Source: Amoebophrya sp. A120 (taxonomy: Eukaryota > Protista > Dinoflagellata). From it: a DNA stretch of 64,000 bases. How positions within the stretch are numbered: position 1 is the stretch's first letter; every line of letters starts with the position of its first letter. The stretch lies in assembly GCA_905178155.1 (NCBI GenBank), contig CAJINV010000001.1, positions 667,643 to 731,642 on the forward strand, read 5' to 3'. This document shows, piece by piece, positions 1 to 11,715 of the stretch. The position numbers and the translations under genes are program-made. The notes beneath the pieces are model-generated. The model was not told the origin of the DNA and did no database searches. It was given only the letters and a program-made list of their open reading frames with translations.

Positions 1-1979
1 GAGGACGGTGCGGGCGAGGCGGCCAAGGAGCCGGAGGAGCCCCAGGGCACCTACGAGCGATTTTTGCTGCCCGGCTGTCCGGACGTGCTTTTCCTCTTTT
101 CCGCGGACGAGGCGCACCGGAGTTTGGAGTGTGTATGAGAGTTGTGGACAACTACAACTCCCCCTCGTTCACGTTTCCATGATTTTTCATGCGAAATTTC
201 GAGTGTAGCTGCTGCCTTGTGACACTATTGTGCACGACAAATTTCGCAATTTATAATTCCAAGCAGTACTTTGCTCGACGCATGAGGAAAAACTTGTCAT
301 GCACAGGCTCCACCGGTGCTGGTGTTTGTATTGCTGTTCAACATTGCGACATACAAACGAGGGAGGAGGGGAAGTTGTGCACTCGGATAGCCCGAGCTGC
401 TGAGCGAGGAACAGCTCGAGGCGGCGCAGCTCACCGCGAAGCTGGAAACGCGGGAAAGCAGCCTGCTCACCCGAATACAGGAGCAAAAGACGCAGCAAAC
501 GGACGTGATAGACGCGGCCACGGAGGAAAACCCGTTGCCAGAGGACTTTGTGAAGCTCACCAGCGTGCGGGACTTTTTCCAGACGCACAACCGGCTCTGT
601 GAGTGCGATTTGAACGCGTTCTACGAGGAGTTCGCGATTTGGGGCAAGGAGGAGATGGACTTCCGGAACCCGCCAGAGGAGGAGCCGGCGGAGTATCGTG
701 AGGAAAAAACGCACCCGACCCAAATACTCAAAATGGAAGTTATTTGTGATGCTGATTCGTGACCACAAATCACCTCGGTTTTGCATATGGGTCGTCGGAA
801 AGTGTGAGCTTATTTGGCGCATTCCGCCGCCAATCTGTGACGCGCTTCTGCTACATAGCGCAAAGCTGTCTCCCTTTTTGAACTGCTAGTGTTTTGGTTA
901 CCCAGCCAGGGATAGAAAATGCATCATCCGAGCGCTTGCTGCAATACACCGCTTTGTCGTTTACAGAAGCTCAGCATACAGATTTTTTTTTTATGGAGTA
1001 GGGGCAGGTTTTTTCACTTTGACACGGAATCCCCCAACGCCAGTCCGACCGAGGAGGCGGCGCCGGAGCCCACGGAGGAGGAACTGGCGCTGCAGGAGAA
1101 GAAAAGGCTCGAGGCCGAGGCGCGCAAGGAGGACCGCCGCGTCAAGCGGGAGCACATGCTGTCGGTCGTCAAGGGGAACGCATTCGTCAAGTTTTTTCAG
1201 GCCGCATTCGAGAAGTCCACGGGGAAACCGTTCAAAAACTTCCTGCAACCCTTGGACACCACGCGAGTACCCGTGGAGACACCCGTGTCGGAGGGCGAGT
1301 ATAGATTGTTTTCAATTTTTTCCGAGTTCTGTAAAAGTAGAAAAAACACACTGACAAACACAAAGAAACGGCGCTTTGTCTGTTTTTTTTTCCGTCTCTC
1401 CACGACGAGCCATCGAATACGGAAAAGAGATAGAGAACTAGAAAAGTCCCTTCCCCCTTCAACACAGGCTGGTGGGCCTTTCCCTCGAGGAATCCCCTGA
1501 GGAGATTGCGGAACGAGAAGCGGCCGCTCGCGCTGCCGCCCAGAAAGCAGAGGCGGAGAGAAAGTACCAGGACAAGTTGAGGCGAGAAGAAGAAGCACAG
1601 CTGGAGGAAGTGTACTGTTTCATTTTCTATCATCTCTACTTTACGCAGTAGTAAAACGAAACGCACAAAATAAAAGAACTTCTCATCAACTGCGTAAGAA
1701 TAGATTCCCACAATGGTAGAAGTAGAAACCACGTCGGAAGTTGTAGTAGACACTGCATGATCTACTTCCCAGAGACGACGACGATGCTATTTGCTCCTTC
1801 TAAATACAAAAAACAGGTCGGAGCCGCTCCGCAAGTACCTGGCCGAGTACGTGACGCCCCACGTGACAGAAGCGCTGATAGAAATCTGCCGCGTCATGCC
1901 AGAGGACCCGGTGGACTACCTCGCAGAGTACCTCTTTTTCAAGTCCGAGGAGATGAAGGGACCGGATTCCGAGGACTGA
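1..1979 (+). CDS. 3' part of adenylate kinase 7-like protein with C-terminal Dpy-30 motif (exons ~1-132, 391-693, 1030-1298, 1468-1611, 1817-1979)
   Basis: The spliced frame gives a Glu-rich coiled coil followed by [40 protein letters not shown], a Dpy-30 motif as found at the AK7 C-terminus. Two IR-bearing introns and two plain GT-AG introns. The 5' end lies outside the window. Confidence 0.7.
134..389. mobile_element. Degenerate introner-like element forming a GT-AG intron (133-390)
   Basis: Imperfect IR TATGAGAGTTGTGGACAACT..CCCCTCGTT / AACGAGGG..AAGTTGTGCACTCGGATA. Removing 133-390 joins SLEC|PELLSEE in frame. No 5-bp DR. Confidence 0.55.
694..1024. mobile_element. Introner, B-related, degenerate
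   Basis: TATCGTGAGGAAAAAA.../...TTTTTTCACTTTGACA, DR CGGAG/CGGAA, joins EPAE|SPNA. Confidence 0.7.
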
Positions 1980-2868
1980 TGTTTTTAACCGGGAATTGTA
2001 GGGGCGTTGTCGACGAGGACCATATTGTATCAACTATTCGACGAGGTGTTATAACAGAAGAGGCGCCTTGATGTACGTCGTTCCTGCATTCATCATGTTG
2101 AGTACGTACAACCTACTCTTCGCCCCGGTTGTAGCAAGCCCATTGTACCAAAAACCTATCAACATGTCCTCTTACCAAAAATTGACTGTTGTTGAAATCC
2201 ACGGTTTTATTTTGTCCAGGTGAAAAATTATAACCATTAAGCATCAATTAAGAATAACAGCTCGCGACCTGCGGGAGTCCTCTTCCAGACAATTTGGGAA
2301 GACCTCCTGTTGGGCACGATGCGTGCGTGAGTGAAATCTAAGGTTGAAATTAATTGCGAGAAAATCGCGGTGCGCGATTTTCTATCAGCAAGCAGAACGA
2401 AAAATTGACAAAAGTCAAGGGAGAGCTGGCTCGTCCTGCTGTCCGGGTTGTAGATTGTTCGTGGTGGCGGTTGTGCCTCGACGCTAAGGGTGGATTCTGA
2501 GTACTTATGCAGCTGCTCCTTTTGATCATGATCATTGTGTGGACGACGAGGAGCATGATGAAACGATATATAAAAGTATCATGCCAGCGTTCTTTCGTGA
2601 GGCAACAACTACAAGATGCAGAGACCCGGATCCGATTCAGATCCGCGAAGCGTTTGTAGACGCATGAGAAAGACGAGGATCATCTCCGAAGGTTCAGCAT
2701 CAGAGCACAGTTAAAAATCGATGTATGATCTCCAGATTCCTCCTACTAACTAGGCTCTCGTAGAGATGTGGCGCAGCAATACTGCACAAATCACCTTTGT
2801 GCTGCCTCCTTCAAGTCATTTTGTGCGCTCCTAGGACAAGTTCTATTGCTGACAGGTTGGTTAATACA

Positions 2869-5800
2869 ATGAGACTTCGTGACGGCCGGACCCCGACTCT
2901 TTCCTGCGCATTCCCCCGGTCCTGCTTCCGTGTTCTTCTCGTGGGAGCGCTTCTTCAACTAGGGACGAGCGGATTGACTTTGCGGACGACAGTTGACGGA
3001 ACGAAGCCTGGCAGTACTAGCAGGAATGCAGCAGGAGCTGCTGCTTCCGCTACTACAACTCCTGCTGCGCAGGAGACCACCACCAGTGACCCGAAAATTA
3101 AAGTCCGCCTGTGCGATCCGAGTCGCCCGATTCAGGTCGTGCCGCAGTCTACGCGCTACGAAGTGCGAACGCTGTACTACGAGGCGGACAGATACAGTGA
3201 CCGGACGCGTAGATTGCTCCTGTTCGCAGGTTTAGGTGGCCACCGGTATCTCGAACTCCATGACCTAGAGCAAGAGGCAATTTCTATCGGCGGCGGGAGT
3301 TCGTCGGAGGAGGAGGAAGAGGAAGGGAGCGATGATATTCCAACTGACCAGGATCATCACGACCGACTGCGTAATGAGGAGGATCACAACAATTTCTACG
3401 AGTCGTTTCCTCGACCCGAAGCCCAAGCAGGGTTCTCTGCTTCGCTCCCCGGTGCGGAGCATCTTCGGTCAGACCAACGACCACTTTCGCGCCAAGGAGA
3501 AAACCGAGAAACATCAAATCCCGGGCTTGCTGCTCGTAGAGCTACTAGTAGAGTTGCTGCAGTAAAGACGAAATGCGTTCTCACGCTGGGTTTTTACTAC
3601 GACAGTGAGACGGACGCGTGCAGTTTGCAAGCCCCGGACGGCGTCGTCGCGCCGAAGAGTCGGCTATCCAATGCAAATATGTCTGGGTCCGGAAAGTTGT
3701 AATGCTAAAATGTGCATGCTGAAAACACTTTCTTATGCACGAAAGCATGACAAGTTGGCAGAAGAGAACGCTTTCTCATCTGGTAACCAAATGCGTGCGC
3801 GCGCGCGCGCAGAGCGCGCGCCGGCCCACGAAGCCGGCGCGCGCGCTCTGCGCGCTTGCGATATTGCTTAGCAAACGCAGCGCGAAGGCAGTTGCCGTTA
3901 CCATATAGGGCAACCGCCGGGAGGCGTGAAGGTCAGGGAAATGGCCGGAAATGAAGCGGGAGAAGGGAAAAAAAGCGGACCAGATGTGAAAATGTCCAGG
4001 AGGTCAAAAATGTCGCAAAAACGGCAGAAACCAAGCGGGAGAAGGTGAAAAAACAGCATTTTTGCGGTTTGGCCCACTTGATAGCTGAAAAAGAGACGGA
4101 CTATTTTTTGCTCCGCCCGCTGGCCAGCTGCGTTGGAGAAGCAGGCCCGCGACCTGTTCGGAAGTCTTGGGCCGCTTCGTAACTGAAAAAAGTTTGAAAA
4201 AAATGGCAAAAAATTGCTTCATAACGTGGGTGGAAGCAATCGTCGGATTTTGTCCAGACCACCCGGGCCACTTGAAAAATAGAAAAAGACGAAAAATTGC
4301 CCAAAAGCGTAATCCCTCCGCAGGCTTCAAAACTGCCAGTCAGATGCGGGCGGTGAAAATGTCCAGGTCGCCCGGGCCACTTGGAAAATAGAAAAAGACG
4401 GAAAATTGCGCAAAAGCGTAATCCCTCCGCAGGCTTCAAAACTGCCAGTCAGCTGCGGTCGGTGAAAATGTCCAGGTCGCCCGGGCCACTTGGAAAATAG
4501 AAAAAGACGGAAAATTGCGCAAAAGCGCAATCCCTCCGCAGGCTTCAAAACTGCCAGTCAGCTGCGGTCGGTGAAAATGTCCGGAGCCCTTCGGACACCT
4601 AAAAACCTGAAAAAAAAGCGAAAATCGCAAAAAATCGAAAACCCTCGGCAGGCTTACAAACTGGCCGCCAAGGGCGGTCCGGTGGGCGCGCGCTTGCGCC
4701 ATACCATCGCGATTGGGAAAAAAAAGTCGGACTAGAAGCGGGCGGAGGCATGTCCCAAAGTTCCGATTTGGCCGGGGTTGTGAGCACCAATTCGGGACCT
4801 CCACCGCGTCTGAAGTGGCCGATTTTGGTTGCCCGGAAGGGTTCGCGGGTTTTCGGCTTTCCGCATACCTTCCTGGCCAGGGGGCCAGTTTGTCATGCAG
4901 GGGGCTAGAGAGGATGCCCCGCTGCGAAATAGCAGACCGGATTTCGCTCCACCACTTCCCCGCGGCCCTAAAGGGCCGCGGACAACTACTGTCGCCCGCG
5001 GCGGCCCGCAGGCTCCTGCGATAAGCTTTGAATGCGAATCCGGAAGCCCCCGATGACCCAGATATCTTCCTGGCCAGGGGGCCAGTTTCTCATGCAGGGG
5101 GCTTGAAGAAGAAGGAGTGGGACTGTAATCAAAAATAAATAGCGCCAAAGCGCGGCCCGCGGGGCCGCGCTTTCGCCGCGCGGCTGGTTAGGCTTTCGCG
5201 CTGGTTAGAATTTCGCGCACGCTTTTGGTTACCAATATCGCCCTCCGGGCGCGACCTTCATACGCACTCCTCATGAGAAGCTGCGTTTTTGTATAAAACA
5301 AAAGAGACTACCACTACGACTTTTGTCGGTCATGCAATACAAACAGACTTCACAGGAATCCGTTAGGCGGCCAGCATTACAAGTTCCAACTTTCCAGACC
5401 CAGACAGATTTGCAATGCATATCGGCGATGCCAGCGCACCTTGCACGCGGCCGAGGCGACCTGCCGCCGGGACAAGTGCAACTTGTCGGGAGAGCGCACG
5501 GTTTTTCACGACGGGGCAGTGGACGAGAAGTATCGGTCCCTCTTGTTGCAGCTGCACGCCCGGGAAAAGGCGAGAGCCGCGGACGCGGAACTACCCTCAG
5601 GTGGCTCGACTTGTAGTGGCTCTACTCATGCGCATGCGGGTAGTTGTTCAACATCGTTTACCTCTACTGGTTCAGACTCGACTGCTCCGAGAAGTAAACA
5701 CCCAACAAGTCCGGCATTGCAACTCGGTCCCCGTGCCGCAGTGTTTCTTCCGGCTCTCGGGACTGCAATACCGTCGAACTTTCGGCAGCATACAGCGACT

Positions 5801-7360
5801 AGCGTTGATGGAGTGCTGGCGACAACCGCTTCCGTATCTACTTCGAGAAGTTCAAGTTCTTCCGAAACAGGAGAAGGCGCGCATCAAGCGTCTCTCGATA
5901 AAACACGACCTCCAACCTTTTCGTTATCTGCGGACGCCGCAAGTGATCATACAACTACTCATCCAATCCAGAACGCCACCTCATTGTCCTTCCCCCCGAA
6001 CATCAACGCGGTGAACCAAAATTCCCGTTCCTTTCTCGCCGCCGCACTGCAGGCGCAGAAGACCGTGGTGGAGCAAGAGATGGCGCGGCTGGAGGAACTG
6101 TTGCAAAAGGAAGAGCAGCTCAAAAAGCTCGAGCAGGAGCAGGATCTGTTGCAGCGGTTCAGGACCTGCTTCGCGTCCTGCCAGGCCGAAGTGGAGCGGG
6201 ACAAACTGACGCTTTGTCGGAAAGCGGACAACGCCATCACTATTTCGGAAGTCCGTGAGGTGGATACATACCTTTTCGACGAGGAGGGAAGGACTACAAG
6301 CGAGGAGAAGGCCAGGGCACGAAGTACTAGTAGTACCTCGACCACCAGTAGTGGATTGTACAACAGTAAAAAGTACAATTATCTTTTCCACAGCAACCAC
6401 AACGAACCACCACATCAGCAAAACAACCCGGAGGTAGTGAACTCCGACCCGTTTGCCCAGCGCTTTCTGCTCACCTCCTACCCGGAGCAGCTCCTACGCG
6501 GCTGGAAGGTGCCGCACCTGAACTGGAACTTGTTCCGGGGGAAGGCTTTTGTGACGGCGGAACAGGCGGACTTCTTGACCGCGTTTCTTTCCAGCCCGGT
6601 GCGCACGGTCGGTGGTAACTACAACAACTCCCCGTATGGTCATTTTCCTGGAAGCACAACAACATCATCGCCCCCGTCGGCCACGATAATTCCGAAGTGC
6701 ATGCTCCACGCAAAGCTGCCGCGGTCCGACATGTCCCAAACGGCGTCGACCTTTTTCCTGGACATGATTGCGACTTTCTACTACGGGCCGTACACCCGGT
6801 GGAGGCACAAGTGGGATCAGTGGAGGGAAGAGCAGCGGAGAAAGCAGGAGCAGTCCTCGTGTAATTTAATATCACAGATAAATCCGCACCACCACCACTG
6901 TTCTGGACGAGCAACAGAGACTTGTTCCGGAGATGAAGAGGCCCAAGATGTTGATCTTCATACTGGTGGAATTTCGGCTTTTACACGACGGTTTCGGGTC
7001 TTACACAACATCTCTGTCCGCGCCGGCTCCACCGCCCTGCGATCCATTGTGCCGGAAACTACAACCGGCGCGGCCATTTGTCTGCTTAAAACCGTATTTG
7101 CGAACACATTAGAGCTGGCACAGCCGCGCGAGATGTGGAGGAAGGTGCGCCAGTCGCTTGCGCAGACGGGGGGTGGAAGTGGGAGCAAAGATTGCGCCGA
7201 CCATCTTGGTCCAGGGAAGAACGTGCTGCCCGTTTTTGAGGAGAACTGTCACTCGTTCACCAACACCTTTCATCGGGGGAGGCGAAGATTGGAAAGAAGA
7301 TTCACGGAGCAATTGATTCCGGGAAAAGAAGAAAAGACAAAGCGCGTTGTACTTACGTAG
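2869..7360 (+). CDS. Hypothetical protein with hydrophobic N-terminus and coiled coil (exons 2869-3664, 5427-7360)
   Basis: ORFs 2797..3702 and 5441..7360 fuse in frame (PKSR|RCQRTLH) after removing 3665-5426. Confidence 0.75.
3781..5234. mobile_element. Nested non-coding TIR element
   Basis: 21-bp TIR with 1 mismatch (TGGTAACCAAATGCGTGCGCG at 3781-3801, CGCGCACGCTTTTGGTTACCA at 5214-5234), GC-rich subterminal hairpins, internal tandem repeats. Confidence 0.8.
4262..4582. repeat. 109-bp tandem repeat, 3 copies (plus a degenerate 4th)
   Basis: Units start CCCGGGCCACTTG at 4262, 4371 and 4480. Confidence 0.95.
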
Positions 7361-7928
7361 ATGGTTGATTCCTCAGAAGATATTCATATTTGATCTTGAT
7401 GTAGTTTCTACAAACGTTTCGGTTATTGACAATAGCCAGAAAGTGGTGCGTGTGTCTAGGTTGTACTGCATGCTCAAATGAACGAAATCGTAGTGGCTAC
7501 TACGGTACATGAAATGAGTCGAATTATAATTATGTTGAAAAACGACAACGAGAATAAAGGAACATGCAAAACGCACCTGTAAAAGCTCTTCCCGACTCTA
7601 TTCTCTACTTCTCGCAGTAGTGCAATCAAAGAAACCGATTCATCTTGCAAGTGGATATTATCGGCGAACTCAAAATTCCCCGCTCGTGTACTGGTTCGCC
7701 GGAATCGGTTCACGTCACGTTGCACTTCTTGTTTTCTACTGGTGTGGTCCCTGACTCAGGTTGTGGCATATTGGTGCTGCCATTCGTGTGCGTATTGTCG
7801 GGTTCTTTCCACTCATCGCAAAGGCGACGCTGATAAGGATTTATCATCGATCTTCTCTTCATCCTTGTCCGTCGTGGCGCGATTGGATCTGCAGAGTTTC
7901 ACACTTCATTACAGTTTCTCAACACAGG

Positions 7929-10900
7929 ATGGATCTCCACGAGGCGCACGTGAAACTGGAACAGTTGGACTTCCGGGGTATCTCGGTCCTCGTTCAAAAC
8001 CTGCAGAGAAGCGCAAATCTGCACTCGAGCAGCAAGGTGCGGGTGGCCAAGCGGTTGAAGCGGTGCTTGCACTTACTTTTGAACGAGGAGCCCTCCGTCC
8101 GTGGGGTGCTACTCGCGAGCAGCGTGCGAGAGAGTAAACAAGAAAATGACCACACCGCGGAGCAGCAGCCGGAGCCGCACGTCGCGACGTCGAGTCCAGT
8201 GAAAGAAAAACCGCTCGCACTCGCTGGAGCAGAGTCCCCCGTCGTTTTGGATCATGTGCAGCTTCCTGATAGTACAACAAATACCAAACACGAACCCGAG
8301 CAGGACGAGACGCCGACCAGTGGCGCTTTGCTGCAGCACTTTTCTCCGCCGGGACGGGCGGGAAAGGGAGAGCAGAACTTCGTAGCACCTCCCGGGATCG
8401 TGAAAGTAGTAGATTCTGCCCCTGCGGTCGACGTGGACCTCCAAATACCCGTTGTACCACTCTTTTCTTCTTCTACTTCATCGTCTTCTGAGGGGGTGGC
8501 AACCACAGGGGAACACGGAGCCGTGGTACAAATCAACATGCCCCCGGCCCCGGCCCCCGCGTTCGTGGGAGTAGAGAATGACGAAGACGAAGACCAAGAA
8601 CCCAAATCGGTTCTGGACGTGTTCGATCTGTGGGAGCCCATTCTGAATTTCGCGGTGGAGTGGCCGCGCGGGTGGGGCAAGCTATCGTGCGTGTGTCGGA
8701 AGTGGCGCAAGTTGCTGAACTCACCGGTCGCCTGGGAGGGCCACCATGTGCAGCTGGCGAAGCGGGATATTGTGGGGATTTGGCCCCCGATCTGCCACTT
8801 GGCCGCGGTGTGGGCCAGCGCCAAAAGCATTCGCCTACCGGACCGCCTCGCGGCCGAAAGCGAGGATATCCTGTTGCGCGGGTTCGAGCGGAAAGAGGTA
8901 GTGCCACTCACGCGCGTGAAAGCCGCGCGCAGAGCCGCAAGAGCGAAGCGCAGAAAACTACAGGAGAAAGAACAACAACTTGCAGCGGCTGCAATGGGAG
9001 AAGCATCTTCAGCTGTGGCTCTGGCTTCTACTACTGCTGGTGTTGAAGACCGTGCGCCGGGTGCTGCTATTTTAGGAACCGACGACCATCCTGATCCTCC
9101 GCAACAGCAACCGTCGAAAATAATGACTTCTGTAGATATAATGATTCGCACCGAAACGTCAGCGTCCAACACTGCTGAGCTGCCCGGCACCACTACAAGG
9201 CAGACAATCACCAGCGGGACGAGTGCGCAATTGCAGCATCAACATGTTGGCCCCGCGCTACTGCCTGGAACAAGCACAACTTCTAGACCTACGCCAGTGC
9301 AGCTACCACCTCTCGGGCACTACAAAGATAATTTGACGAATAACGAAAGTATCTTCCAGTGGGACAGCAGTGTGTATCTGGAAGATAACAGTCGACCGCC
9401 TTCGCCTAGCAATCTGCTGCTGCCCGGCGGGGGAAGAAGAGGAGGGCAGCTGTCGCACTTGCTTTTGCAAGAAGATGACAAAGATGAACCTCTCTCGGAT
9501 GAAAGTGGTGTAACGGGTCCTCGTGCGGGAGATGATCGTCAGTACCCCAACGGTGCTCCTGCTGGTGCTGAAAGTAATCTTTCAAGTAGTTATCGCGACA
9601 ACGAGTTAGTGTTCGAGCTCCACGCTCTACGACAGATTTTTGAACACCGCTTGAACGCGCAGAGTAATCCGAAGGACCAGACTACTTCTCTAGAAAAAAC
9701 TGCGTCGCGGCGCCCGCGGAGAAGGAGCTCGCTGTATTTGGAGGGCGACGTTATGTCCGACGCAGAGCAAATGCTGGAAAGAGACGACTTCGCGAGCACC
9801 TTTGGGAGCGGGTTGGACACTAGCTTTACGAAGACTCAGTTGAGTTTTCCCAAGCTCCAAGAGGTTTTTGACCACGTAGTGTTGGATTATCTGTGCATCG
9901 ACGCCTCCACTCTCGCGTACGACACAAGTGGGCTTATGTCGCTCGAACTTGGAAATTTATCCGGACGCGGCTCTTCTACTGTGGCTGGCGGTAGCTTTTT
10001 GACAGCAGGGGATTTTTTGTCACATAATGCGCAACAGGAAAGACAGAGAATCCCCTCCGACCGGCCGCCACTCACTGCGCGAGTGCTAACAGTGCACAGT
10101 TGCGAAATGCAGGCAATGGACGACGCGGCTGGCACACCACAACATGGTAGTTCAGCTTCGAGGACACCCGCTCATACAAATCATCTTCAACAACAAGCAC
10201 CTACTACAAGTTCGACCGGTAATATTCTTCTGCACGTCGGCGCGCCGTCTTTGAACACCGGGGAAGGAACGCCAGCAGTGTCTGAGATGAAACACACTGA
10301 ACAGCCGGAGCAGCAGACCACGACCTTTTCGAGTCTTTTGTTTCAGAAAATGATGGCCGCCTCGGAGCAACCGGACCAGCGCGCGCGACTCCTTCTGCCC
10401 ATCGAGCTGCGGAATCAGCTGCCGCTCCTCACGGGCTCCTGGTACGATTTTAAGAATCACGAGCAAAGCGTCGACGTGCCGTCGCCCCGCCGGTGCACGG
10501 CGCTGCGGACGCCGGAAAGCTCCAAGGGCTTCGGTGTGCTCGTCGGTGCGCAGTGCCTTCGGCGCCGCCTGCAGGCGGAAGTGCGGTACGGAACAAATTG
10601 GGCAGTAGCTGGTGCAAACGAAGCAGGAGAGGAGGCCGCGCTCGCGTCATCACACTCGGATCATCAAGGGGCCACTACCAAAACTCGGAAAGTAAAACCT
10701 TTTCAAGTCGCCTTCGCGGAGTTCCGCCGGTTCCGGTTGTTCCTGGAGCACTGGTCAGACGGGTGCCGCCTGGACATCGGCGTCACGCAGGTCGCACCCC
10801 AGGAGCAAAGGACAAAAATTCGGTTTGCGGAGGACCTACTCGGCTGCTGGATCGTGGAAGCCACCGGCTTGCTCGTTGGCTCCCACCCGGGCGTACGGCT

Positions 10901-11114
10901 GCGCTCGCCCTCGTGGAACGCAGGCTTTCTACGGCAGGGGGACGTGCTCGAGTGCCGGATCTACAAGGAGTCCGGGGATCTGGAGCTCTGGGTCAACGGG
11001 GTGCGGCGGGGCGTGTGGCAGGCCAAAATTCGCAAGTCGCCGCATCTCTACCCGGTGGTGGACCTGTTCGAGCACCAGGGGGAGAGGTTGCGGGTGGTAT
11101 TGTTGCAAGAGTGA
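7929..11114 (+). CDS. Intronless protein with an F-box-like motif and a C-terminal Neuralized (NHR)/SPRY-like domain
   Basis: DLWEPILNFAVEW..KLSCVCRKWRKLLNSPVAW (F-box-like); WSDGCRLDIGVT..GDVLECRI..GDLELWVNG..LYPVVDLF (NHR-like). First ATG at 7929. Confidence 0.65.
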   Translation: MDLHEAHVKLEQLDFRGISVLVQNLQRSANLHSSSKVRVAKRLKRCLHLLLNEEPSVRGVLLASSVRESKQENDHTAEQQPEPHVATSSPVKEKPLALAGAESPVVLDHVQLPDSTTNTKHEPEQDETPTSGALLQHFSPPGRAGKGEQNFVAPPGIVKVVDSAPAVDVDLQIPVVPLFSSSTSSSSEGVATTGEHGAVVQINMPPAPAPAFVGVENDEDEDQEPKSVLDVFDLWEPILNFAVEWPRGWGKLSCVCRKWRKLLNSPVAWEGHHVQLAKRDIVGIWPPICHLAAVWASAKSIRLPDRLAAESEDILLRGFERKEVVPLTRVKAARRAARAKRRKLQEKEQQLAAAAMGEASSAVALASTTAGVEDRAPGAAILGTDDHPDPPQQQPSKIMTSVDIMIRTETSASNTAELPGTTTRQTITSGTSAQLQHQHVGPALLPGTSTTSRPTPVQLPPLGHYKDNLTNNESIFQWDSSVYLEDNSRPPSPSNLLLPGGGRRGGQLSHLLLQEDDKDEPLSDESGVTGPRAGDDRQYPNGAPAGAESNLSSSYRDNELVFELHALRQIFEHRLNAQSNPKDQTTSLEKTASRRPRRRSSLYLEGDVMSDAEQMLERDDFASTFGSGLDTSFTKTQLSFPKLQEVFDHVVLDYLCIDASTLAYDTSGLMSLELGNLSGRGSSTVAGGSFLTAGDFLSHNAQQERQRIPSDRPPLTARVLTVHSCEMQAMDDAAGTPQHGSSASRTPAHTNHLQQQAPTTSSTGNILLHVGAPSLNTGEGTPAVSEMKHTEQPEQQTTTFSSLLFQKMMAASEQPDQRARLLLPIELRNQLPLLTGSWYDFKNHEQSVDVPSPRRCTALRTPESSKGFGVLVGAQCLRRRLQAEVRYGTNWAVAGANEAGEEAALASSHSDHQGATTKTRKVKPFQVAFAEFRRFRLFLEHWSDGCRLDIGVTQVAPQEQRTKIRFAEDLLGCWIVEATGLLVGSHPGVRLRSPSWNAGFLRQGDVLECRIYKESGDLELWVNGVRRGVWQAKIRKSPHLYPVVDLFEHQGERLRVVLLQE

Positions 11115-11715
11115 TGTTGAATAAGAGTACACTCGGCTGCTCGCAGTTCTAATTCTGAAAGTATCCTACATGCTGACTCCTCGAAAGCTTGCATAATGTA
11201 GTACGGAAAGATATAATAGCGATCGATCTTACTTCGACGACGTTTCAAATGAATTGATGAAAATTCAAAATTGAAAAGACTCACTCCGACTTCCAGCACA
11301 GTGTTGCTGCTCTGCTGGTTCGATCTGCGATTCGAGTGTAACTCGTGCAGTTTCGTGCTTGAGTACACCATTGCCCCCAGATCGTGTTTCCGATTCGTTT
11401 TTGTTGTCGTTGTCTCAATTGCTTCGCTCCGTGTGTAATCAACGCTGTAGGGTGGCGCAGTCGTTTCGTTTCCTGTCGTCTTTCATCGCCATCGCTTCTC
11501 GCCGAGAGAAATTCTATCGCCTAGCATGTGCAAAAATCGGAACTTCTTTGTTTTCCTCGTCGTGTCATGTTGGTGTAGCTAAACATGCGCGCCACAACAT
11601 CGTCGTCGTCGTCGTCGTCGTCGTTGTGCTAAAAAAGATACTTCCCCCATACTATTAAAGGCGGGGCAACATCAATACTTTACTAGTTGAAAAATAGACC
11701 CCACTGCTCTCAGAA

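Larger units (their letters stand above)
3665..5421. mobile_element. Introner family A carrying a nested 1.45-kb element
   Basis: TATCCAATGCAAATATGTCTGGGTCCGGAAAG / CTTTCCAGACCCAGACAGATTTGCAATGCATA, perfect DR TCGGC (3660-3664, 5422-5426). Confidence 0.9.

Noticed and set aside
4004-4548. Three MKPAEGLRF.. ORFs
   Set aside because: Translations of the 109-bp tandem repeat in shifting frames
11601-11623. (CGT)n microsatellite
   Set aside because: Ordinary short intergenic simple repeat
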